This document shows, in pieces, positions 9,101 through 16,592 of a DNA stretch of 19,417 bases. The stretch spans positions 1 through 19,417 of the forward strand of contig QKED01000030.1 in assembly GCA_003252455.1 (NCBI GenBank). Direction: 5' to 3'. A program made the position numbers and the translations under genes. The stretch is from Gammaproteobacteria bacterium (lineage in GTDB: Bacteria; Pseudomonadota; Gammaproteobacteria; Thiohalomonadales; Thiohalomonadaceae). Position 1 is the first letter of the stretch. Every line of letters starts with the position of its first letter. Under the pieces are notes generated by a model, which was given only the letters and a program-made list of their open reading frames with translations, was not told the origin of the DNA and ran no database searches.

Positions 9101-11371
9101 CGCCTCGAAGCTCTCGTAGACCTCCTCGCGCTTGGCGGTGAGCTGGGTCAGGTAGTCGTCGAACTCGCTGAAGCGCCCCTCCAGCTCTTCGAGTTGCAGC
9201 AGCAGGCGGGCGAGCTGTTCGTCGCACGCCTCCGGGGTGTCGGCCTGGGCCAGGGCGGCGGTGACCGACTGGCCGTAGAGCTTGAACTCGGCGGCGAACT
9301 CGGCCACCGACTCGTGGGAGCGCAGCCCCTTGCGCTTGAGCTTGAGTTCGGCGCGGGTACGGTTGAGGCGGGCGAAGACCTCGCCGACCCGCTCCAGGAT
9401 GGTGGTGCGCTGGGTGGCGTCCTCCACCTTGAGGCCGCCGAGCACCTCGTTGAGCAGCTCCAGCCCCTCCGCCTGCTGCTCCAGCGCCGCCTCGATGGGG
9501 TCGAGTTCGACCACCTTTTCCACCGCCTCGATGGCCGCGGCCTGGGCCTCCAGCTGCTGGTGGTAGGCGTCCAGCGCGTCGTCGCGCAGCAAAAAGTCGA
9601 CGCTCTGGCGCGAGAGGCGCTCGAAGGCCTCGACCACCTCCTGCTCCAGTTCGTCGAGACGTTTCAGGTCGATGCGGCGCAGGTCGCGCAGGGTGATGAG
9701 CTGGCCGCGCTGACCGCGCAGGTCGGCCAGGGCGGTGATGAAGGGGTCGATGCTGTGCCACGACTCCGGGCGTGTCTTGCGCAGCAGCTCCTGCTGGGCG
9801 AGGGCGGCCTGCTCCAGGGCGGTTGCGGCCTGCTTGCGCTGGGCGGCGACCTTCTCGAACTCTCCGAGCACCAGCTCGGCAGTGGCGCGCACCGCCTTGA
9901 CCGCCGGCAGCAGCGGGCCGGTCTCGGCCTGGTCGAGCCAGTGGTAGTGGTCGGCCATGCGCGTGCAGGCGGCGATGAGCGCCTCGTAGACGCCAACGGT
10001 GGGGCTGGCGCTGGTGACCATGCGGCGGATGGAGAGGGCGTCGGAGATGCCGCGCACCAGGTCGGCGTTGCCGATGCGCGCCAGCGGCGAGCCGTCGGTG
10101 GGGCGGGCGGCGGCGTGCTCGTCGCTCATGTAGGGCGTTTGCCAGATCTGCATCGGGTGGACGCGGGTCGGCTCATCTGAGTCGTAGCGGAAGACCACCA
10201 TGCGCCCGTCGTCGAACAGCGAGTAGCCGTGGCAGACGATGGGGTTGGCCAGCTGTTTGCGGATGAGGTTGTAGGAGAGCAGCTCCTGGCGCCCCTCCAT
10301 GTAGTGGTAGAAGAGGTAGAGCACATCCTCGCCGTTGGGCGAGCGGATGGTGCGCTTGTATTCGAGGTCGGTGATGTCGCCGTCGAACTGCTTGTGCTCG
10401 CCGCTCACCAGGTAGTAGCCGCCGGGGAAGATCAGGCCGTGCCCCTCGGGCAGCTGCACGCAGGCCTGGCCGATGGCGTCGATGCGCACCACCTGCTCGG
10501 TGCGGCTGTTAAACACCAGGTGGCGCCACACCTCCTCGCGATAGGGGCGGATGCGCAGCAGGATCAGCTCGCCGAGGTCGGCGTACTCGATCTGCGCGTC
10601 GGCCAGGGACTGATTGGCATCCTCCACCGGCTCTCGGTAGATGCCGAGGCCCGACTCTGTGTTGTTCTCCACCTTGATGGTGAGGTCGCCGCCCACGGTC
10701 TCGACGAACAGCCGCTCCTGGATCGAGACGTGGGGAAACTTGCCCGCCACATGATTATCGCGCGTGGTGGCGGTCCACTCGAAGTCGTGGGCGCGCGGGA
10801 AGGTGTGGTCGCGCTCGCCACGATTGTCGATGTAACTGACCTTGCCGTCGCGGTCGATGCCCCAACGGAAGACCTTGAAGTCGGCGCGGCGGCTGCCGGT
10901 CTGGAACACCGCGAGCAGCTTGCCGTCGAGCACACGCAGGGCGGTGAGGTAGGCCTCCTTGTAGTAGGCGTAGAGTTCGCGGAACTCCTTAACGAACTGC
11001 GGGTGGTCGAGGAAGGAGTCTTTCAGCGGCACCGACTCCACCTCGTAGCCGCCCTCGGCCTCCACCAGGCGGTTGAGGGAGAAGACGTCGCTCACCCGCG
11101 TCTCGGTCTTGAGGCCGATGAAGACGTTGTAGCCGAACAGCAGCAGCCCGCCCACCTGCACCATGTCGCGTGGCACGCAGTTGTTCTCGGTGCGCAGGCG
11201 CAGGGCACCGGTGACCGCCAGCTCCGTACCGCCGAAGAGTTTGAGGCGCTTTTCGTTGAGGCCGCTGGCGAGCTTGGCCAGCTCGCCGCCCTGGGTGGTG
11301 AGGCGCTGGCTCAGGAGTTCGTAGGCGCCGTCCTGGTCGAGGGTGGGCTCGGTGTTGTTGGCGTCGGTCAT
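6164..11371 (-). CDS. Giant (1735 aa) coiled-coil protein with one MoxR/AAA_5-type AAA+ ATPase module
   Basis: An uninterrupted 5.2-kb ORF at host GC. Walker A is LISPPGYGKTTL and Walker B is VMLYLDDIQ. The downstream segment RFCIIMAGNPYTESGEAFKIPDMLANRADIY follows the MoxR/dynein-like pattern ATQNP...LP.A.LDRF. Residues about 450-1200 are E/A/L/R/Q-rich and heptad-like, so predicted coiled coil. The N-terminal 440 aa is aromatic and beta-rich. Confidence 0.85.
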   Translation of the reverse strand: MTDANNTEPTLDQDGAYELLSQRLTTQGGELAKLASGLNEKRLKLFGGTELAVTGALRLRTENNCVPRDMVQVGGLLLFGYNVFIGLKTETRVSDVFSLNRLVEAEGGYEVESVPLKDSFLDHPQFVKEFRELYAYYKEAYLTALRVLDGKLLAVFQTGSRRADFKVFRWGIDRDGKVSYIDNRGERDHTFPRAHDFEWTATTRDNHVAGKFPHVSIQERLFVETVGGDLTIKVENNTESGLGIYREPVEDANQSLADAQIEYADLGELILLRIRPYREEVWRHLVFNSRTEQVVRIDAIGQACVQLPEGHGLIFPGGYYLVSGEHKQFDGDITDLEYKRTIRSPNGEDVLYLFYHYMEGRQELLSYNLIRKQLANPIVCHGYSLFDDGRMVVFRYDSDEPTRVHPMQIWQTPYMSDEHAAARPTDGSPLARIGNADLVRGISDALSIRRMVTSASPTVGVYEALIAACTRMADHYHWLDQAETGPLLPAVKAVRATAELVLGEFEKVAAQRKQAATALEQAALAQQELLRKTRPESWHSIDPFITALADLRGQRGQLITLRDLRRIDLKRLDELEQEVVEAFERLSRQSVDFLLRDDALDAYHQQLEAQAAAIEAVEKVVELDPIEAALEQQAEGLELLNEVLGGLKVEDATQRTTILERVGEVFARLNRTRAELKLKRKGLRSHESVAEFAAEFKLYGQSVTAALAQADTPEACDEQLARLLLQLEELEGRFSEFDDYLTQLTAKREEVYESFEARKQQLNEERQRRAQNMAAAADRILQGVERRVEGFSDQDAINAYFAADPMILKLRELVERLRELGDSVRADDVEARLKSARDQSSRTLRDRSEIFEEGGNVIRLGKHRFSVTTSPLDLTLLPVDGRMSLHLTGTDFFEPVEDERLAAFRDYWEQERVSEDASVYRAEYLAASLLFAAEASDTLAELHTLAADPDALRERVRRAAAERYEEGYERGVHDVDAAAILAALLDLHAGAGLLRFGPRPRALAWLYWAEQGPQGLQRRARSLGQLAGRFGAHRAELALVEEAVGLLAAFCGEMRLDFDAGEQRLAGAYLIAELRQHPLRLTTSHEAEELVAGLRRELEQAGHRAEFEEDLEALEESLADQVQLVSAWLEQYLRHTGAGEDAIRRIPAATALLLTEGRLDHQASATLTRAEVGGLLGQHPRIVERTLVLELDEFLQRLEQFGHTRVPAFRAYRQSRREVAEQAREALRLEEFKPRPLTSFVRNQLINEVYLPLIGDNLAKQMGALGDAKRTDLMGMLLLISPPGYGKTTLMEYTAHRLGLIFMKINCPTIGHAVTGLDPVEAPGAAAKQELEKLNLALEMGNNVMLYLDDIQHTNPEFLQKFISLADGTRRVEGVWRGRSRSYDLRGKRFCIIMAGNPYTESGEAFKIPDMLANRADIYNLGDVLGGKEQAFALSYIENALTSNATLAPLATRDMQDLYKLIRMAQGEEISSNELGHGYSAAELAEIVDVLKKLLRIQQTVLKVNLAYIESASQHDAYRTEPPFKLQGSYRNMNKMAEKVVAVMNDAELEALIDDHYIGEAQTLTTGAEENLLKLAALRGKQTPEQAARWHAITQEYRRRASVIGDENDPATRVAGQLAGLGQQLEALNQAARSMSEGHDARLEKESYNARATVLYLQRLNKTLEALSAKQPEINLVNEPLPAMQTLVEQLIEVVDLSLKPMLRSLHEKNSVSDAVMKRLQQIEQGLKGIRGKKE

Positions 11372-11444
11372 GGATTAGGTCTCCGCGGAGGCCGAGTGGG
11401 TGAAAGAATTAGTGCCCGCGTAGGACGGGCGTGGAGGCTATGGC

Positions 11445-12029
11445 TCACTCGGTGGACTCCGTGTCAGGCAGCTCCAGCCACGCGCTGACCGCGAAGGGTT
11501 GCTCGGGGCAGAGCGGCAGAGTCAGCTCGTCGCCTTGGCCGAAGATCGCGGGACGGGGGTAACGCCCCTCCTCCAGCCGGTAGTGCTCGATGTAGTTCTC
11601 CAGCGGGTCGACGATGAGGTAGTCGGGTACACCGAAGCGCTCGTAGAGGGCGAGTTTGTCGCGCCTGTCGCGTGTGGCGCTGCCGGGGGAGAGGATCTCG
11701 ATGACGAGGTTGGGGGCACCCGCGTGATATTGGCCGTTGACCCTACGCGACGGGTCGCAGCTCACGAGTATGTCTGGTTGGACGACTGTAGATTCGTCGA
11801 ACACAACATCGACTGGCCCTATTAAAACCTCGCAGACTCGGCCCATCCGCCGGAGGGCGAGGTCGAGTGAGACGGCGATCCGTCCAACCCTCAATTGGTG
11901 ACGAATGGAGGGTGTCGGAAAAGAGGGCAAAATCACTCCATTGATCACCTCGCGCGGGGTCTCGTCCTTCCCGCTCAGATAGTCGGCGACGGTATACCGT
12001 CCTTCAGCTAGCGCTTCGTGTGCGCACAT
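11445..12029 (-). CDS. Uma2-family (DUF820) PD-(D/E)xK putative endonuclease, copy 2
   Basis: 194 aa. VQPDILV...APNLVIEILSPGSATRDRRDKLALYERFGVPDYLIVDP matches the Uma2 pattern (PD..., EhLSPS, ...Y...GV.EYWhVD). Confidence 0.8.
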   Translation of the reverse strand: MCAHEALAEGRYTVADYLSGKDETPREVINGVILPSFPTPSIRHQLRVGRIAVSLDLALRRMGRVCEVLIGPVDVVFDESTVVQPDILVSCDPSRRVNGQYHAGAPNLVIEILSPGSATRDRRDKLALYERFGVPDYLIVDPLENYIEHYRLEEGRYPRPAIFGQGDELTLPLCPEQPFAVSAWLELPDTESTE

Positions 12030-12089
12030 GGGTGGCCTCCTGAGCGTGACCCCGGATGGCGCTGCGCCTATCCGGGCTACGGTGCTGGC

Positions 12090-12680
12090 TCATATCTCGA
12101 TCCCGCTCTCTTCTCGCTGACCAAACCAGGCGTGGATGGCCTGGGGCAGACCGGGGAGCAGCGCCAGTTCGAGGGGCGTGTCCGGGGTGAAGAGCATCGG
12201 ACGCGGATAACGCCCTGCCACGAGCCGGTGGTGGGCGAGGTAGTTGTTGTGGGGGTCGACTACCAGATACTCCTGCACGCCGAACTGTTCGTAGAGCTCC
12301 AGCTTCACCCCCAGGTCGCGCACGGCGGTGGCGCTGCCGAGCACCTCGACCACCAGTTCCGGGGCCCCGTCGAAGTAGCGTCCGTCGCGCACCCTGTCGC
12401 GTCGGCGGTCGACGATCAGGTCGGGTTGCAGCAGGGTCGCCTCGCCGAGCACCAGCTCCACCGGTCCCAGGCCGATATAGGCCGTCGACAGCGGGCCGTC
12501 CGTGGCCAACTGCAGACCGAGAAAGTGCTGATAGATGGCGAACACCACCTCCTGATGACGCACCTCCTGCGTGAAGGGGAGAGTGGATTGCACCCCGTCG
12601 ACCAGCTCGCAGTCGGGCGAACCGGGCCAACCGAGGTAGTCGGCGACGGTGAAGCGCACCGCGTGGCTGAGGTCGGGCAT
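12090..12680 (-). CDS. Uma2-family (DUF820) PD-(D/E)xK putative endonuclease, copy 1
   Basis: 196 aa. LQPDLIV...APELVVEVLGSATAVRDLGVKLELYEQFGVQEYLVVDP. Paralogous to the downstream copy. Confidence 0.8.
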   Translation of the reverse strand: MPDLSHAVRFTVADYLGWPGSPDCELVDGVQSTLPFTQEVRHQEVVFAIYQHFLGLQLATDGPLSTAYIGLGPVELVLGEATLLQPDLIVDRRRDRVRDGRYFDGAPELVVEVLGSATAVRDLGVKLELYEQFGVQEYLVVDPHNNYLAHHRLVAGRYPRPMLFTPDTPLELALLPGLPQAIHAWFGQREESGIEI

Positions 12681-12759
12681 CGGTATCTCCCGTACGGAGT
12701 GCGATCCGGTCGGTGTTTATCGCGAAGTGGAGTACACGCCGAGGCGTGTACTCCAGGAG

Positions 12760-14745
12760 TTACTCCAGGCCGAGCTGCTTGGCCGCGGCGAGCAGGCGCT
12801 CCACCTTGGCCTTCTCATCCCCATCAGAGCCCTGCATCAGCTTGCCGAGGAAGGCGGTGAGGGTAAGGTTCTTCGCTGCCTCGGCGTCGATGGCCGGGTT
12901 GGTCAGCACGTCCTTCAGGTCCTGGCGCAGGCTGGCGTCGCCGTCGATGTAGTCACCGAAGATCTGCTTGGCGGTGTCGCCCTTCTCCAGGAAGCCGTCG
13001 AGCGACTTGGTGACCGAGACCGCCTTGACGAAGCGGTCGAAGAAGGCGCCGTCGCCGCCGATGATCTCGAACTTGGCGTTCTTCAGTGCGCTGCCGAGGA
13101 GCTGGGCCTGCTGCTCGGCCACGGCGCGCTGGGTGAGCAGCGCCTCGCCCTGCAGGGCGCGCACGTGTTCGAGCTTCATGCGGAACTGCTCGTAGGCCTC
13201 GCCACGGTCGCCCATCTGCTCCATCGCGGCGGTCTCGCTCTCCAGCACCTTGACCCGCGCCATGCCGATCTGCTCCTCGCCCTCGGCCTCGGCCTGCTTC
13301 TGCTCGCGCAGCACGCGCGCCTGGGCGGTGCCCTCTTTCTCCAGGGCGACGGCACTCGCCTCTTTCACGCGGGCGGCAGCAAGGCCATGCGCGGCGGCCT
13401 CGGCCTGGGTGCCCTCGGCGATGCGGATCTTGGCGGCGGCCAGCTTGTCGGCGGCGGCCAGCTCGGCCTCGGCCAGGGTGAGCTGCTCACGGGCCTTGTG
13501 CTTGGCGGCCTCCTCGGCGGCCTCGGCTGCCTTGATCGACTCGACCAGGTTCTGCTGCGCGGCGGCCTCGGCCTCGATCACCTTGGCCTTGCGGCTGCGG
13601 TCCGCCTCGGAGACGATGCGCAGCTCCTTGATGCGCTCCTCCTCCTCGGCCACGGTCTTGTCCACGGCGGTACGCTCGCGGATCACCTCGGCGATGGCCT
13701 TCTTCTCCTCCTCCAGCGCCTTCTCCTTGGCGATGCGCTGCAGCTCCACCTCGCGTTCGCGGGCGATCGCCTCCAGGGCGCGGGCGCGCTCGACCTTCTC
13801 CACCTCGATGGCCACGGCGCGGGCGCGGTTCTGCGCCGCCACCTCGGTCTCGCGCAGCTTGTTCTCCTCCATCACCGCGAGGGACTCGTCGGTCTTGATG
13901 CGCGCCTGCTCGGAGCGCAGGCGCTCCTCGCTGCGCACCTTCTCGGTCTCGGCCTCTTCGCGGGCGCGCAGGGATTCGATCTCGCGCTGCTGCTTCGCCT
14001 CGGCGTCCGCCTGCTGGCGTTCGAGCTCCAGGATCGCCTCACGCGCCTGCACATCCTTCTTCTTGATCTGCATCTCTTCGTCGCGGGCGATCTCGTTGGT
14101 CTGGATGTTCTGCGTGGCGGTGAGCTGGGTGATCTTGCGGATGCCCTGGGCGTCGAGGATGTTCTTCGGGTCGAGGCTGGAGAGGGGGGTCTGCTCCAGG
14201 TAGTCGATGGCGGCGTCTTCGAGCACGTAGCCGTTCAGGTCCTTGCCGATGAGGGCGATGATCTGGTCGCGGAAGCTGTCGCGCTCCTTGTACAGGTCCT
14301 CGAAGTCCATCTGCTTGCCGACGGTCTTCAGCGCCTCGGAGAACTTGGCGTTGAACAGCTCTTCGAGGGTCGACTGGTCGGAGGCGCGGGCGCAGCCGAT
14401 GGCCTGGGCCACCTTGAGCACGTCCTCCTGGGTCTTGTTCACACGCACGAAGAAGGAGACGCGGATGTCGGCGCGGATGTTGTCGGAGCAGATCAGCCCC
14501 TCCTTGCCGCGACGGTCGATCTCGATGGTCTTGAGCGAGATCTCCATCACCTCGGCCTTGTGGATCACCGGGTAGACGACCATGCCGGTGAAGGTGACCA
14601 CCGGCTCCTTGCGCATAGTGTTGACGATGAGCGCCTTACCTTGTTCCACCTTCTTGTGGAACATGAATACCAGCAGGGCGATACCGCCGACGATGAAGAC
14701 GAGGATGCCGAGCACGCTCAGGATCACATACCAGATGGAACTCAT
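12760..14745 (-). CDS. yqiK: Flotillin-family SPFH-domain protein (YqiK-like)
   Basis: 661 aa. An N-terminal TM helix is followed by an SPFH/band-7 domain (KALIVNTMRKEPVVTFTGMVVYPVIHKAEVMEISLKTIEI...). A long E/A/R/K-rich flotillin-type coiled coil follows. It sits immediately downstream of the YqiJ-like gene. Confidence 0.9.
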   Translation of the reverse strand: MSSIWYVILSVLGILVFIVGGIALLVFMFHKKVEQGKALIVNTMRKEPVVTFTGMVVYPVIHKAEVMEISLKTIEIDRRGKEGLICSDNIRADIRVSFFVRVNKTQEDVLKVAQAIGCARASDQSTLEELFNAKFSEALKTVGKQMDFEDLYKERDSFRDQIIALIGKDLNGYVLEDAAIDYLEQTPLSSLDPKNILDAQGIRKITQLTATQNIQTNEIARDEEMQIKKKDVQAREAILELERQQADAEAKQQREIESLRAREEAETEKVRSEERLRSEQARIKTDESLAVMEENKLRETEVAAQNRARAVAIEVEKVERARALEAIAREREVELQRIAKEKALEEEKKAIAEVIRERTAVDKTVAEEEERIKELRIVSEADRSRKAKVIEAEAAAQQNLVESIKAAEAAEEAAKHKAREQLTLAEAELAAADKLAAAKIRIAEGTQAEAAAHGLAAARVKEASAVALEKEGTAQARVLREQKQAEAEGEEQIGMARVKVLESETAAMEQMGDRGEAYEQFRMKLEHVRALQGEALLTQRAVAEQQAQLLGSALKNAKFEIIGGDGAFFDRFVKAVSVTKSLDGFLEKGDTAKQIFGDYIDGDASLRQDLKDVLTNPAIDAEAAKNLTLTAFLGKLMQGSDGDEKAKVERLLAAAKQLGLE

Positions 14746-14763
14746 TGCGGGTCTCCTTGAGTT

Positions 14764-15396
14764 TTAGGGTCCGTCGTAGGGGGCCACCGCATAAGTGTCG
14801 GCGGCGGAGTCGTAGTCGATGATGAGCAGGGGGTCGCCACGCTTGAGGCCGTTCTCCTCGATATGGCAGGTGACGCTGAGGATGAGGTCGTTACCGCCCT
14901 GTTCATAGCGCGCCTGTCCATGCGTCTGGCCGACGCTGCCGGAGGTGAGGGTACAGAGTTTACCCACCAGTGTCTGTTTGCTGTCGGCGCCGTGCACGGC
15001 GAAAAACGGGCGCAGTGGCACGACGGCACGCCCGGCCAGCGGCAGGGCGATGACGAAGGCGGCGATGCCGACCGCCAAACCGGCCATGCCGCCGAACGGG
15101 CCCGGCAGCCAGGGCAGCAGGTAGAGGTTGGCCAGCAGGCTGAGCAACCAGGCGATGAGCACGACAAAGCTGAAGATGATGGCGATGGGCACCCCGGTGA
15201 GGCCGAGGGCGGCCATCATCCCGGCGAGGGTGTCGCCACGCCACAGGGGGGCACCCTCCAGGTCGATGTCGGCCCCGAACAGGTCGATGTCGAAGAAGCC
15301 GAGGATGACGAAGAGCCAGTAGATCAGCACCAGCGCCAGCAGGGCCGAGTAGAGGCCGGTGGGGAGGGCAATCAGGGCGTGAAGAAAGGGCTCCAT
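14764..15396 (-). CDS. yqiJ: YqiJ/NfeD-like inner-membrane protein (flotillin partner)
   Basis: Multiple hydrophobic helices. The C-terminal soluble part (GKLCTLTSGSVGQTHGQARYEQGGNDLILSVTCHIEENGLKRGDPLLIIDYD) resembles the NfeD OB-fold. The ORF is open to 15489. I prefer the ATG at 15396 (MEPFLH...), which has a GGAG 6 nt upstream. Confidence 0.65.
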   Translation of the reverse strand: MEPFLHALIALPTGLYSALLALVLIYWLFVILGFFDIDLFGADIDLEGAPLWRGDTLAGMMAALGLTGVPIAIIFSFVVLIAWLLSLLANLYLLPWLPGPFGGMAGLAVGIAAFVIALPLAGRAVVPLRPFFAVHGADSKQTLVGKLCTLTSGSVGQTHGQARYEQGGNDLILSVTCHIEENGLKRGDPLLIIDYDSAADTYAVAPYDGP

Positions 15397-15501
15397 GGGC
15401 GTCTCCATGCTTTGTGCGGGGCCGTTAGCGCCGGGCGCTGACCGGCCATCAGGCCACAGCCCCGGGAGGGCGTCAAGCACGCCCCGCACAAAAGGCGTGC
15501 A

Positions 15502-16437
15502 CTAGCCTCGTTGGGCGAAGGCAAGGGAGAAGGCGCGTGGCCCGACGTTCACCGCGGCCGTGGTGCTCATCAGGCTGAGCAGCAGGTCGACCCCGCGCGC
15601 CTGGGCGGCGTTGACGAAGTCGATATAGTGACTATTGGCGCGGATCTCCTCCAGGTCACCCCCATAGCTCATGGCCACCAGTGGGGTGACGAGCCCCTGG
15701 TCGATCGCCTCCAGGGTGCGGGCAAAGAGGCGCTGCAGGGCGGCATCGAAGCCGGCGGCCTTGAACGCGGGTTCGGTGACACCGCGATAGCACTGCACCA
15801 CCGGCTTGACGTTGAGCAGGTTGCCCACCTTGTAGCTGAACCAACCGACGCTGTTGTCGCCCTTCTCACGGGCACGCGCGTGCAGGTAATAGAGGTCACG
15901 CGGTACGACATAGGCGTAGACCTGGTCGGCCAGGGCGGCGAGGCGCGGCTCCAGCCGCTCCAGCTCCAGCCCCTCGTCGCGCAGCAGGCGTACCGCCTCG
16001 TGGGCGATGATCGCCTGGCCGGTAAACATGGTGGTGCTGTTGAACACGCGCAGGCGAAACTGGCTGGAGCCGGTCACGTCGCGGTGCAGCGCCTTGAGCT
16101 TGGGCAGCTTGATCAGCGCCGCTTCGCGGACGTTGTCGTAGATCTTGCTGCGCTCGGCGTTGATGGTGATCACCTGGGTGCCGTCGTAGTGGTGCAGCAG
16201 CTCCTCTTCGAGGATGGTGCTCATCTCGTCCACCGTCAGCGGGCTGGTCTGCACCAGGCCATCCTTGTGGTTGCCATAGTAGGCGTAGAAATCGAGGGTG
16301 GTCTTGGGGTCGCGAAAATCGCGGAAGATCTGCCCGTCGATCAACACCGTGATAGGTAGTACCTTGACGTTGTTCGCGACGATAAACGGGTGTGGCAGGT
16401 CGCAGGCCGAATCCACGGCGATACAGTAGTTGGGCAT
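15502..16437 (-). CDS. degV: DegV-family (EDD-fold, fatty-acid-binding) protein
   Basis: The N-terminal motif YCIAVDSACDLP matches the DegV signature (IAIVTDStaDLP). The ORF is open to a GTG at 16464. The preferred ATG at 16437 has an AAGGAC Shine-Dalgarno 6 nt upstream. Confidence 0.8.
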   Translation of the reverse strand: MPNYCIAVDSACDLPHPFIVANNVKVLPITVLIDGQIFRDFRDPKTTLDFYAYYGNHKDGLVQTSPLTVDEMSTILEEELLHHYDGTQVITINAERSKIYDNVREAALIKLPKLKALHRDVTGSSQFRLRVFNSTTMFTGQAIIAHEAVRLLRDEGLELERLEPRLAALADQVYAYVVPRDLYYLHARAREKGDNSVGWFSYKVGNLLNVKPVVQCYRGVTEPAFKAAGFDAALQRLFARTLEAIDQGLVTPLVAMSYGGDLEEIRANSHYIDFVNAAQARGVDLLLSLMSTTAAVNVGPRAFSLAFAQRG

Positions 16438-16501
16438 GCTCAGGTCCTTAGGCCTTATCGGCACAGACCGGGCGGACAGCGCGACCCGCTGAGCGCCTCG
16501 G

Positions 16502-16534
16502 GCGATATGTTACGAAGTATGTGATAAATATCGC
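16502..16534. promoter_or_regulatory. Inverted repeat GCGATAT-N19-ATATCGC upstream of degV (possible operator)
   Basis: 7-bp arms (7 of 8 if extended), lying 65-97 bp upstream of the degV ATG in the 128-bp dctM-degV gap. Confidence 0.25.
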
Positions 16535-16592
16535 TATTGAACCGAAACCGGTGGGGAAATGATACAGGGACTTTACGTACCGCAATCTGCCG

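Noticed and set aside
8499-9761. A 420-aa minus-strand ORF (R/G/P/A-rich) and similar ORFs at 6988-7272, 7636-8316, 9664-9996, 10564-10935 and 12004-12630
   Set aside because: These are alternative-frame ORFs inside the giant ATPase and Uma2 genes. Their composition is extreme Arg/Pro/Gly, typical of off-frame translation of GC-rich coding DNA.
7763-10180. An 805-aa plus-strand ORF, and similar long plus-strand ORFs at 5732-6991, 10229-11488, 12649-14760, 13250-14203, 14863-15441, 15511-16359, 16771-17916 and 17998-18399
   Set aside because: All are antisense to well-supported minus-strand genes. Their translations are low-complexity (G/A/L/V/Q/R-rich). Long stop-free antisense frames are expected in DNA of about 68% GC.
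15477-15500. Hairpin gcacgcc-N10-ggcgtgc in the degV-yqiJ gap as an intrinsic terminator
   Set aside because: No U-rich tract follows on the transcribed strand. The gap is short, so co-transcription is the simpler reading.
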